Position numbers and translations under genes: made by a program
Shown: in pieces, positions 26,591-35,021 of the stretch
How positions within the stretch are numbered: position 1 is the first letter of the stretch
Layout: every line of letters begins with the position of its first letter
Notes under the pieces: model-generated
The model's database searches: none
What the model saw: only the letters and a program-made list of their open reading frames with translations
Told to the model about the DNA's origin: nothing
NCBI GenBank assembly: GCA_023250175.1
Contig: JAHFBD010000001.1
Coordinates: 1 to 38,295, forward strand
Length of the DNA stretch: 38,295 bases
Direction of reading: 5' to 3'
Source of the DNA: Candidatus Melainabacteria bacterium
Lineage (GTDB): Bacteria; Cyanobacteriota; Vampirovibrionia; 2-02-FULL-35-15

Positions 26591-28876
26591 ATGAATTCTT
26601 TATTTAAAAAGATCTTGGCATTTTTTTTAATTTTTATAATCAGCAGTTTCTTCGTTGCAAAAGAAATTACAAGCAATTACATTTTAATGATTTTATTCTT
26701 CCTTGGATTAATTCTTTGTATAGGCATTGCTTATAAAAAAGAGAGTAAACTTGATGACTATTTTTCATCTATTGATTGTAAAGAGGACAGTGTAGTCATT
26801 AACATTTTTTTAAGCAGTTTTTTAGTGCTATTTTTTGAGCTCGTTTTAATAAGATATTTTGCAGCTCTAGTTCCAATATTTGGCTACTTGAAGAATATGA
26901 TCCTGCTTTCATGTTTTTTTGGCTTTGGGCTTGGGTTTAGTTTAGGTGAAAAACAAAAAAATTATTTACCCATGACTCTTTTCTTAATGATATTCCAGGT
27001 AATTTTTTTATATGGAACTAGCTTCGTGTTGCCAGCCTTAGGGTATCCAATAAAAGAAAATGGCACCATTTCTATAAATTCAATGAACTCTATTGCCCAG
27101 GTATTTTATGTGGTCTCATTTATAGTTTTAGTTTTTGTTTTCAACACTCTTACATGTATACCTGTAGGGCATTATACGTCAAATCTAATGTCTAAAAAAA
27201 ATTCTCTTGTTTCATATAGTATAAATCTTCTTGGAAGCATAGCTGGGATTTTAACTTTTTCAATTCTTTCTTTTTTTAGAATGCCTCCTTTTGTTTGGTT
27301 TACATTAGTAGTATTAATAATTTTATGGTTTATCAAAGATAATAAAAAAGTTTTATTGCTAGCAAGCATGGCTTCAATTCTTTTAGTTTCAATGATTGCC
27401 TTTGAGCCAGATGCTTTCTTTAAAAAGAATTTGAAAATATACTCTCCGTATCAACTTCTGGTTGTGGATTTTAATAATGCAAAAAACTTTTATTCAAATG
27501 CAATTATCAATATTTCTCACAACTATCATCAGATAATTTTTGATTTAACAAAAGGGAATCTGGAGGGACAAAGCGAGGATAAGCAAAAATATTTAAATAA
27601 GATTTCTACTTATTACAACAATGCTTATATGTTAGCCAATAACTTAGATGATGTTTTAATAGTGGGGGCTGGCTCTGGGAACGATGTGGCTGCTGCTATT
27701 AGAAATGGTGCAAAATCTATTGATGCCGTGGAAATTGATCCGGAGATTGTAAATCTTGGAAAAATACTTCATCCAGAAAAACCTTATTTTAATTCAAAAG
27801 TAAATGTTCATATCAATGATGCCAGAACATATATGAAGATTACTAAGAAAAAATACGATCTCATTGTTTATGGATTACTTGATTCGCAAAGTGCACTAGG
27901 AAGTTTATCAAATGTTCGATTGGATAGCTTTGTTTATACAGTAGAAGCTTTTAAGCAAGCAAGACTACTTTTAAAGGATGATGGATTAGTTTCACTTAGC
28001 TTTGGATTAACACATCCATTACAAGGAATTAAAATATTTAAAATGCTCCAAAAAGCTTTTGATGGTCAAAAACCTGTTTGTATTGAAGCAGATTATTATG
28101 GCGGAACTACTTTTATTATTGGTCCAGGTTTATCTAAAATAAAAAAGTTTGTTAATAATGAAAGTCTACAGGATGTAACAGCAAAATATGATACAGAAGA
28201 AAATGTTGATCTTTCTACAGACGATTGGCCTTTCATTTACATGTTTAAGAAAATATATCCGTTTACTTATTTATTCATAATCCTTTTGCTTTTTTTGGTT
28301 TCAACAGACATTAATGAGCAAATTTTGGGCAAGTCATTTAAAAAGTATTTCAATTTGCGATTCTTTTTATTTGGAGCAGGCTTTATGCTAATAGAGACTA
28401 AAGGAATAACTCAATTAGGACTTACTTTTGGTAATACCTGGTATGTGATATCAGCAATAATTCTTACGATTATCCTTTTTGCATTTATTTCTAATCTGGT
28501 TGTAATAAAGGTACAAAATATTCATCTTGGATTATCATATGCTTTACTTTTAACCACTATTTTTATTGAATCATTTTTTCATTTATCATCAAATCTGGAT
28601 TTCTTGCCAACTAGTTTAGTACCTCTTGCACAACTAGTTGTTTTATGTTCTCCAATACTATTTTCAGGGCTTGTTTTTTCAACAGAGTTAAAAAACGGAC
28701 CAAGTATTCCTGGCGCATTTTCATCAAACTTATTAGGCTCTATGCTCGGTGGGTTTTTAGAATATAATTCTATGTTCTTGGGATATCATAACTTATCGTG
28801 GGTTGCTCTTGCTATTTATTCTTTGGCTTTTATATCTTATATACAAAGTTATATGCTAAACCCACAAAAGTGTTGA
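26591..28876 (+). CDS. polytopic membrane protein with an embedded spermidine-synthase-like (class I SAM-fold) domain
   Basis: VLIVGAGSGNDVAAAIRNGAKSIDAVEIDPEIVNLGK..VHINDARTYM..YDLIVYGLLDS is flanked by multiple TM helices on both sides. ATG 26591 is preferred over the TTG at 26558. Confidence 0.65.
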   Translation: MNSLFKKILAFFLIFIISSFFVAKEITSNYILMILFFLGLILCIGIAYKKESKLDDYFSSIDCKEDSVVINIFLSSFLVLFFELVLIRYFAALVPIFGYLKNMILLSCFFGFGLGFSLGEKQKNYLPMTLFLMIFQVIFLYGTSFVLPALGYPIKENGTISINSMNSIAQVFYVVSFIVLVFVFNTLTCIPVGHYTSNLMSKKNSLVSYSINLLGSIAGILTFSILSFFRMPPFVWFTLVVLIILWFIKDNKKVLLLASMASILLVSMIAFEPDAFFKKNLKIYSPYQLLVVDFNNAKNFYSNAIINISHNYHQIIFDLTKGNLEGQSEDKQKYLNKISTYYNNAYMLANNLDDVLIVGAGSGNDVAAAIRNGAKSIDAVEIDPEIVNLGKILHPEKPYFNSKVNVHINDARTYMKITKKKYDLIVYGLLDSQSALGSLSNVRLDSFVYTVEAFKQARLLLKDDGLVSLSFGLTHPLQGIKIFKMLQKAFDGQKPVCIEADYYGGTTFIIGPGLSKIKKFVNNESLQDVTAKYDTEENVDLSTDDWPFIYMFKKIYPFTYLFIILLLFLVSTDINEQILGKSFKKYFNLRFFLFGAGFMLIETKGITQLGLTFGNTWYVISAIILTIILFAFISNLVVIKVQNIHLGLSYALLLTTIFIESFFHLSSNLDFLPTSLVPLAQLVVLCSPILFSGLVFSTELKNGPSIPGAFSSNLLGSMLGGFLEYNSMFLGYHNLSWVALAIYSLAFISYIQSYMLNPQKC

Positions 28877-28908
28877 AATAGAAAGAATAAAAAGATTGTA
28901 AAGAAAGT

Positions 28909-28952
28909 TGGAGTAGATTATCAAACCCTTGACTAAAGCTTAGAGAGCTTTC
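28909..28952 (-). pseudogene. degenerate fragment derived from the 3' two-thirds of tRNA-Gly (candidate distal att repeat)
   Basis: 28926-28952 (CCCTTGACTAAAGCTTAGAGAGCTTTC) matches 37785-37811 of the intact tRNA-Gly gene at 23 of 27 positions, in the same orientation. Upstream TGGAG..TAGA..ATC.AA also aligns with the tRNA 3' end and T arm. Confidence 0.45.
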
Positions 28953-28964
28953 TCCAAGAGAATC

Positions 28965-31913
28965 TTACGGACACCCTTCATTGGAATAAATTGCTCCATT
29001 AAAGCATTCACAGATTCCTCTTAAATTTTTTGCTGCCCCTCGGATACAATCACATGGAGACAAAGAGGTAGACGCTTGTCCAGGTCTACAGATTGTAACA
29101 GTTGGTGTACTACAACCTCTTTCTGAATAGTCTCCACCATTAAGACAAAAACAGGTGTTACTATCATTAAATACAGCACCAGCAGCACAAACACAAAGCT
29201 TATCTGTAGTTGCAATTTGTCCATTTGCACATATTGGTATCACCGATGTACCACAACCTTTTTCTGAGTAGTCCCCACCATTAAAACAAACACAGACATT
29301 CTTATCATTTAATGCAGCATCAGTAGTACAAATACATGGCTTATCTAAAGTTGAGATTTGTCCCTTTATACATGTTGGTACGACCTGTTCAACACACCCT
29401 AGAGCAGTATAAATTTGTCCGTTGGGACATTGACATTTAGCATCACTACCTATTTGTCCACCTGTTGCACATTTACAAGGCTCAGATATTGTAGATATTT
29501 GGTCAGTAAGGCAAATAGATTCAACAATTTTTTTACAAGAAGATGAATTTACTGCACAGATATTATCAGGACATTTGAATGGTTTATTTTTTGGACAAGG
29601 GCAATTAACTTCTTTATCTGAACAACTTCCATCTTGACATTTTATAGGTTTATTGGAGGGACATCTAGAAGAAACAGCTTTGACACAACCATTTTCAGTA
29701 TAGGTCTGTCCTTTAGGACAAATACAAATACCGTCAACTTGAGAGTCTTTATGAACAGCATTACCAGCACATGTACATCTAGAAGAAGTAGTAGAAGATT
29801 GTCCAACTCCACAAATTGCAGCTTCAGAAACACATCCACTTTCTAAAGTATATTTCAGAAAAGTGTTCGTACATTCACAAGAATTGTTTTTACCAGAAGG
29901 AATTGCAGCACTTCCAATATTTCCAATTCCAGGATTTGCACCAGTACTTTTACAAGCACAAGGATTATCATTGTTGTTTTCCTGATCAGCTTTGCAAACA
30001 TTAGAAGTTTGAACACAGCCTTTACTTGTGTAAATTATACTGTCAGAAACATTTTGTGCACTGCCTGCAGCAGAAACACAGGTACAAAGTCCATTAATCT
30101 CTTTAACTATAAGACCACCTGTGGCTTTAGCAGAACAAACACAAGGTTTATCAGAACTGTTTTTCTGACCAAGTTTACAGATATCACCTTTAATACACCC
30201 TTCCTCTGTATATGACTGTCCTTTAGGACAAGTACAGATACCTTTGTCGTTAGGTTTAGCACCAGAAGCACAATCACAAGGTTTGTCAGAAGTAGATTTT
30301 TGGTTATCTTGGCAAGTAGGAATTTTACATCCACCTATTGTGTATTCAGTACCATCAGGACAAATACAAATACCGTCAACTTGAGAGTCTTTATGAACAG
30401 CATTACCAGCACATGTACATCTAGAAGAAGTAGTAGAAGATTGTCCAACTCCACAAATTGCAGCTTCAGAAACACATCCACTTTCTAAAGTATATTTCAG
30501 AAAAGTGTTCGTACATTCACAAGAATTGTTTTTACCAGAAGGAATTGCAGCACTTCCAATATTTCCAATTCCAGGATTTGCACCAGTACTTTTACAAGCA
30601 CAAGGATTATCATTGTTGTTTTCCTGATCAGCTTTGCAAACATTAGAAGTTTGAACACAGCCTTTACTTGTGTAAATTATACTGTCAGAAACATTTTGTG
30701 CACTGCCTGCAGCAGAAACACAGGTACAAAGTCCATTAATCTCTTTAACTATAAGACCACCTGTGGCTTTAGCAGAACAAACACAAGGTTTATCAGAACT
30801 GTTTTTCTGACCAAGTTTACAGATATCACCTTTAATACACCCTTCCTCTGTATATGACTGTCCTTTAGGACAAGTACAGATACCTTCTTCACTTAGAGTA
30901 GAGCCTTGCACACAATTACATGGAATATCAACGGTAAATGTTTGTCCATTACTACAAATGGGTAATTTTTGTGATTCGCAAAAGGATTTACCTAATTCCT
31001 CGTCAGAAGTTTTAAATATAAAGTTTTTAATGCTTTGGGGGAGGTCACATGATGAACTCTGAATAAATCCTTTTATCTCAACACCAATTGCTTTATTATC
31101 ATTTTTATTGCATAAGTTTGCAAACTTGCTAATATCACAATTGTTATTAGTATTCTCCTTAAAGAGAATGATTTCTTTAATTCCATTAGAAACTCGATAA
31201 AAGGAATCATTAGAGTTTAGAGCTAGATCTTTTTTGTTTTTGATTAAACTTGTAATAATTGTGGAAATATCATTAACTATTATTTCAGAGCCTAAATTAA
31301 AAGCACCAATATTAAATATAGAATTTAGATCTCGCCTTCCCTTTATATTTACAATAATAGGTTCATTACTACTTAAAATTTTCTCTTTATTTATTTCAAT
31401 TTCAAATGTCCCATTAGAGTTTATTAGAGTTTGTCCTAGAGATAGTTTACTCCCATTAATAGTTCTTGCACTTGCTATACCGCTTGTTAAATCTCCAGTA
31501 AAACCCTTTACTATAAATGGCTTAAGATATTTAAAAGATTCTGTAGCTGCTGAAAAATGTTCATTAGAAATTTCAATTGAATAGTTACCTTCTGGGATTT
31601 CTTCAGCAACATACAACTTTATGGTTAAATACTTTCTGCCAACATTAACAAAGTTCTTTGGTATTTCAATAACAACACTCTTATCATCTACGCTTTTTAA
31701 ATGGTAAGAACTGTTTGCATGAATTTTTCTAAGTTTCAAAGATAACTGTTTTGTCAAAAGGATATTTATTTCATTGCTTTGCTTACTGTTACAAACCACT
31801 CCATTAGTTAAATCGGCTATCTTCAACAAGTCATAAGTTTTAGCAAGTAGTGCGATGTTTGATAGAAAGAAAAGAATTATGCAAAATAAAAATGGGGGAA
31901 TTGCTTTTTTCAT
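28965..31913 (-). CDS. large secreted Cys-rich modular (EGF-like spacing) surface protein
   Basis: Signal peptide MKKAIPPFLFCIILFFLSNIALLA and a ~330-aa Cys-poor N-domain. About 15 modules follow, of the form C..GQ......C.C..(8-25)..C.C..(8-16)..GC. Confidence 0.75.
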   Translation of the reverse strand: MKKAIPPFLFCIILFFLSNIALLAKTYDLLKIADLTNGVVCNSKQSNEINILLTKQLSLKLRKIHANSSYHLKSVDDKSVVIEIPKNFVNVGRKYLTIKLYVAEEIPEGNYSIEISNEHFSAATESFKYLKPFIVKGFTGDLTSGIASARTINGSKLSLGQTLINSNGTFEIEINKEKILSSNEPIIVNIKGRRDLNSIFNIGAFNLGSEIIVNDISTIITSLIKNKKDLALNSNDSFYRVSNGIKEIILFKENTNNNCDISKFANLCNKNDNKAIGVEIKGFIQSSSCDLPQSIKNFIFKTSDEELGKSFCESQKLPICSNGQTFTVDIPCNCVQGSTLSEEGICTCPKGQSYTEEGCIKGDICKLGQKNSSDKPCVCSAKATGGLIVKEINGLCTCVSAAGSAQNVSDSIIYTSKGCVQTSNVCKADQENNNDNPCACKSTGANPGIGNIGSAAIPSGKNNSCECTNTFLKYTLESGCVSEAAICGVGQSSTTSSRCTCAGNAVHKDSQVDGICICPDGTEYTIGGCKIPTCQDNQKSTSDKPCDCASGAKPNDKGICTCPKGQSYTEEGCIKGDICKLGQKNSSDKPCVCSAKATGGLIVKEINGLCTCVSAAGSAQNVSDSIIYTSKGCVQTSNVCKADQENNNDNPCACKSTGANPGIGNIGSAAIPSGKNNSCECTNTFLKYTLESGCVSEAAICGVGQSSTTSSRCTCAGNAVHKDSQVDGICICPKGQTYTENGCVKAVSSRCPSNKPIKCQDGSCSDKEVNCPCPKNKPFKCPDNICAVNSSSCKKIVESICLTDQISTISEPCKCATGGQIGSDAKCQCPNGQIYTALGCVEQVVPTCIKGQISTLDKPCICTTDAALNDKNVCVCFNGGDYSEKGCGTSVIPICANGQIATTDKLCVCAAGAVFNDSNTCFCLNGGDYSERGCSTPTVTICRPGQASTSLSPCDCIRGAAKNLRGICECFNGAIYSNEGCP
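29715..30244. repeat. 530-bp perfect direct repeat, copy 1 (inside CDS 28965..31913)
   Basis: Base-for-base identical to 30357..30886 in my comparison. The ORF track shows identical shadow peptides at a 642-nt offset. Confidence 0.9.
30357..30886. repeat. 530-bp perfect direct repeat, copy 2 (inside CDS 28965..31913)
   Basis: Identical to 29715..30244. The 642-bp period equals 214 codons, so the frame is preserved. Confidence 0.9.
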
Positions 31914-32090
31914 TTGATATTACCGAATTAAAAAATATTACAAAAAATATAAATGAGCGACTTTTTAATTATAAGATTTGTAATAAAAAATATTTAATAT
32001 CTTAGCTAAAATATGAGATTATTTTACATTTTAAAATCTTAATGTTTTGACTTTTTGGGGAACCTTAATGCGAAACAAACGAAGTAAAAA

Positions 32091-32175
32091 GTTGTCTGGT
32101 TAAGGATGTTGGAATTAGAATTAATAGAACACCAAGGACATATCTATATACCTACATTAGCTATGGCTACATAAT
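32091..32175 (+). repeat. junction repeat family 1, copy A
   Basis: Collinear with copy C: CTGGT.AA.GA.GTT.GAA, AAGGACA, and TATACCTACATT (12-nt exact match). GGCTACATAA is shared exactly with copy B. Confidence 0.5.
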
Positions 32176-32180
32176 TCATT

Positions 32181-32203
32181 TTCATGAATGTGTATACAAT
32201 TGT
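32181..32203. promoter_or_regulatory. cluster of 8-bp palindromes upstream of the toxin gene (candidate TA operator)
   Basis: TTCATGAA (32181-88), TGTATACA (32191-98) and ACAATTGT (32196-203) lie 20-43 nt upstream of the GTG at 32224. Confidence 0.35.
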
Positions 32204-32223
32204 AATGTGATAAACTTGCTTAT

Positions 32224-32493
32224 GTGCGATTTGTTAAGTGGAATATATTAAAAAGTGAAAGACTTAAAAAAGCAAGAGGAGTATCTTTTGAGGAAATCAT
32301 TCGAGCAAAACTTATTGCCGTTAAAAGGCATCCAAAGAAGGAATACCAAGAAATTATGTTATTTGAGTATAAGGGTTATATCTGGATAGTTCCATTTGTA
32401 AAAAATAAAGATGAGTTGTTTTTAAAGACTTTGTACCCAAGCAGGAAATATACAAAAATTTATAGAAGGGGGGAAGATAATGAAGGAAATTAA
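32224..32493 (+). CDS. brnT: BrnT-like (DUF497) type II toxin
   Basis: VKWNILKSERLKKARGVSFEEI and C-terminal LYPSRKYTKIY parallel BrnT motifs (F.WD..K...N..KHGVSFEEA; ISARKA.K.E...Y). 89 aa, with a 14-nt overlap with the next ORF. Confidence 0.6.
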   Translation: MRFVKWNILKSERLKKARGVSFEEIIRAKLIAVKRHPKKEYQEIMLFEYKGYIWIVPFVKNKDELFLKTLYPSRKYTKIYRRGEDNEGN

Positions 32494-32734
32494 ACTAACA
32501 AAAGAAGAAAAAGAAATCGAGAATGAGTTAATAAAAGGAAGTTATCTCAATGTAAGCAAGTCTGAGTTTGAAGACATAGCAGAATCTATTGCTTCAAAAA
32601 AAAGAAATGCTATTCTCAATATAAGAGTTAATAAAGATGATATTGAAAGAATAAAAAAACTTGCAAAGAAATTTGGAGTAGGTTATCAAACCCTTATTTC
32701 AGAATTAATTCACAGAGCAGCAAAAAATTCATAA
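32480..32734 (+). CDS. brnA: BrnA-like antitoxin (CopG/RHH-type)
   Basis: C-terminal ILNIRVNKDDIERIKKLAKKFGVGYQTLISELIH carries the GYQTLI hallmark of BrnA-type antitoxins. 84 aa. Confidence 0.6.
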   Translation: MKEIKLTKEEKEIENELIKGSYLNVSKSEFEDIAESIASKKRNAILNIRVNKDDIERIKKLAKKFGVGYQTLISELIHRAAKNS

Positions 32735-32743
32735 TGGCAGAAA

Positions 32744-32912
32744 GCTGTCTAGTAAAAGACGTTAGCCACTTAAGCTTTGCTTGAGCGAGCCTCGTCTCTT
32801 TGAGGCGAGAACTCGAATTCGGGAATATCAGGGATATATTAAAATTCCAGCCCTGACTTCTGTTGCTTAATGTAACTCGCGGTTACAATTTGATTACGGC
32901 TACATAAGTAGC
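32744..32912 (+). repeat. junction repeat family 1, copy B (with a ~90-nt GC-richer insert)
   Basis: GTAAAAGACGTTAG (32751-64) is identical to 34916-29 in copy C. GGCTACATAA (32898-907) is identical to copy A. The central GGGAATAT..TTAAAATTCCAG parallels copy D. Confidence 0.5.
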
Positions 32913-33246
32913 TAAAATGATTTTATATTAGTTTGAGATTTTAACTTATGTCAGATATAGAAAAAACAAACAAGTCTACTTTTGAAAGGATTAAAAAGAT
33001 TGAGAGAAAGAATAAGAAAAGAATAAAGTAAAAGGATTTTTTGTGAGGCAGATTATGAAAAAGAGTAGCGGCAAAGCCAGTCCTGCTGTGGTGAATAAAC
33101 TTATTGATAAATTCCTAAACCGGTAAGTTGTATTTCTTAGTTTAAGAAAACAGTAATTATTAACTTTGCCCTTGGATTATCGTTTATAGTTTAGAATAAT
33201 TGCAAGTTGTTAATTTGTAATTTAAGAAATTTATAAAAATTTACTC

Positions 33247-34875
33247 ATGATTATCTCAAAAATAGAAAAATTGGACAGTCTGTTTTCTGATGAAAGCTCT
33301 AAAAGAACTAGAAGACGTGATTTTAGTGTTCATAAAAAAAAAGATGATGAACAAGGTAGTGGTGGAGCTGGAACAGACAATAAATTAGCTTCCATATCTA
33401 CCCCAGGAACTATTAGTAACATTAGTACTTGTCAATGGATCTCTCCAGATAAAACTCCATCTCTTTTTCTTATTGATGAAGACAAGCAATGTCTTAGTAT
33501 AGATATAAATACAGCATTAGCTCTAATTACAGATAAAGTTATTCCAGAATTAGAAAATGTTTTTATTTACAAAGACAATAAATATCTTATTTTAGATATA
33601 AACGCTCTATTAGCTCTTTATAGAGCTAGTATTAAAGATAAGGCTACATCAATAGATTTTTTCACAGACAAAGATAAACACTATATTATTGCAGATAGAA
33701 AAGCAGCCACTTATAGTCTTAGCACTAAAGATGAAGCCATTTCTTTATTAGAAAATCGACTTACTTACAATACTATAGGTGAATTAATGGAAAATGATTG
33801 GTGGGAAGTAAATCTAGCCGCAGCAAATGCTCTTATTAAATTAGATCCTAAAAACAAAGCACTAGCTAAACATGAAGAAAATCTTAATTACCTATATACT
33901 GGTAGTAGCTATAATTTTATTACTGTAAATGATTACAGTAGAACACATTCATTTATTCAACTTTGTGCCAAAAGCAAATATATCTCTGGATTAGAAAGGT
34001 TCCTTTACCATAAAGATCCATATGTAGCCAGAGATGCTGTACAACTTCTTGTCAGATTTGGCGTTACAGACAAGGTTCTTCCTATACTTGAAAGTCATCT
34101 TAGTAGCAAATGCCCAGCTCTCATTAGCTATGCTGCAGAGTATATGGGTAAGGTGGGTGCTAAAGAGAGAGCAATTCCTATACTTAAAAATCATCTTAGT
34201 GACAAAAAATATCCTTATACTGTCATAGCTGCTGCAGAAGCTCTTCATAGGTTTGGTATAAAAGATGAAGTCATAGCCCATACACTTATAGAACTTCTTC
34301 AAGATAAAAGTGAATTTGTAATTAAAAATACTGCCAGTACTCTTTGCAGCCTTGATATTAAAGAAGCTATTCCTGAACTAGAAAAACATTTATGGGATAA
34401 AGAAAGGCATGTTGTACGGACTGTGGTACAAGCTATTGATGGGCTTGATGGTACTACAAAAAAATCATTTGACGCATTAAAGAAGCTCCTTAATCAAGAA
34501 AAATATCCTTTTGATAATGCAATGCTAATGAGAGAACTTATTCTACTATATGCTAAAAATAAAGACATCCCTGCATTAGAAGATCTACTACTTAATAATT
34601 ACGACTCAGATGCCATAAATTATCTTGCTAAACATGGTTATCTTGCAGATACTCTTGTTCAATTTCTAGGTAAAAAGGCTATTCCTATGTTAGAACTTTT
34701 TCTCGATCATAAAGAACCTTGGGCAATTTATTATACGGCAAAAGAACTTATTGAGTTTGGTGCTAAAGGCCAAGCTATGCCTGCACTAGAAAAGCTTTAT
34801 AAGCATTCTAATGATATTGATAACTATCTAAGATTAAAGATAGAAGAAGTCCTCAACTCAGCAAAAGTTAATTGA
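33247..34875 (+). CDS. HEAT-repeat (PBS-lyase-type) protein
   Basis: The C-terminal two-thirds contain repeated units: VLPILESHLSSKCPALISYAAEYMGKVG, AIPILKNHLSDKKYPYTVIAAAEALHRFG and AIPELEKHLWDKERHVVRTVVQAIDGL. Confidence 0.65.
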   Translation: MIISKIEKLDSLFSDESSKRTRRRDFSVHKKKDDEQGSGGAGTDNKLASISTPGTISNISTCQWISPDKTPSLFLIDEDKQCLSIDINTALALITDKVIPELENVFIYKDNKYLILDINALLALYRASIKDKATSIDFFTDKDKHYIIADRKAATYSLSTKDEAISLLENRLTYNTIGELMENDWWEVNLAAANALIKLDPKNKALAKHEENLNYLYTGSSYNFITVNDYSRTHSFIQLCAKSKYISGLERFLYHKDPYVARDAVQLLVRFGVTDKVLPILESHLSSKCPALISYAAEYMGKVGAKERAIPILKNHLSDKKYPYTVIAAAEALHRFGIKDEVIAHTLIELLQDKSEFVIKNTASTLCSLDIKEAIPELEKHLWDKERHVVRTVVQAIDGLDGTTKKSFDALKKLLNQEKYPFDNAMLMRELILLYAKNKDIPALEDLLLNNYDSDAINYLAKHGYLADTLVQFLGKKAIPMLELFLDHKEPWAIYYTAKELIEFGAKGQAMPALEKLYKHSNDIDNYLRLKIEEVLNSAKVN

Positions 34876-34910
34876 TGAATATAAAAGAGGGGGGGGGTTG
34901 TATACAACAT

Positions 34911-34993
34911 CCCTGGTAAAAGACGTTAGAACTAAAATAGCACAGTTTCAAGGACAGGTTTGTATACCTACATTGGTTCTAGCGGCAGTAAAT
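34911..34993 (+). repeat. junction repeat family 1, copy C
   Basis: See copies A and B. Internal complementarity between GACGTTAGAAC (34922-32) and GTTCTAGCGG (34976-85). Confidence 0.5.
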
Positions 34994-35021
34994 GACTGTA
35001 ATTGGTTATAATAATTTAATT

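Noticed and set aside
29715-30886. Could the 530-bp repeats be a CRISPR array or a DGR template/variable repeat pair?
   Set aside because: Only two copies exist, they are 530 bp long and they are in-frame coding sequence, so this is not CRISPR. The copies are identical, with no adenine-specific mismatches, and no reverse transcriptase is present, so this is not a DGR.
29021-31584. Many 60-116-aa ORFs on both strands within 28965..31913, including duplicated ones
   Set aside because: They are frame or antisense artefacts of the Cys-rich gene. Their duplication simply reports the 530-bp repeat.
32948-33126. Two tiny ORFs: 32948..33031 (27 aa, Lys-rich) and 33055..33126 (23 aa)
   Set aside because: They are too short and have no recognisable motif. 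They may be gene fragments or a small TA-like pair, but nothing in the sequence supports a call.
33991-34302. Antisense and alternative-frame ORFs 33991..34302 and 34034..34228
   Set aside because: They lie inside the HEAT-repeat gene, whose repeat periodicity supports the annotated frame.
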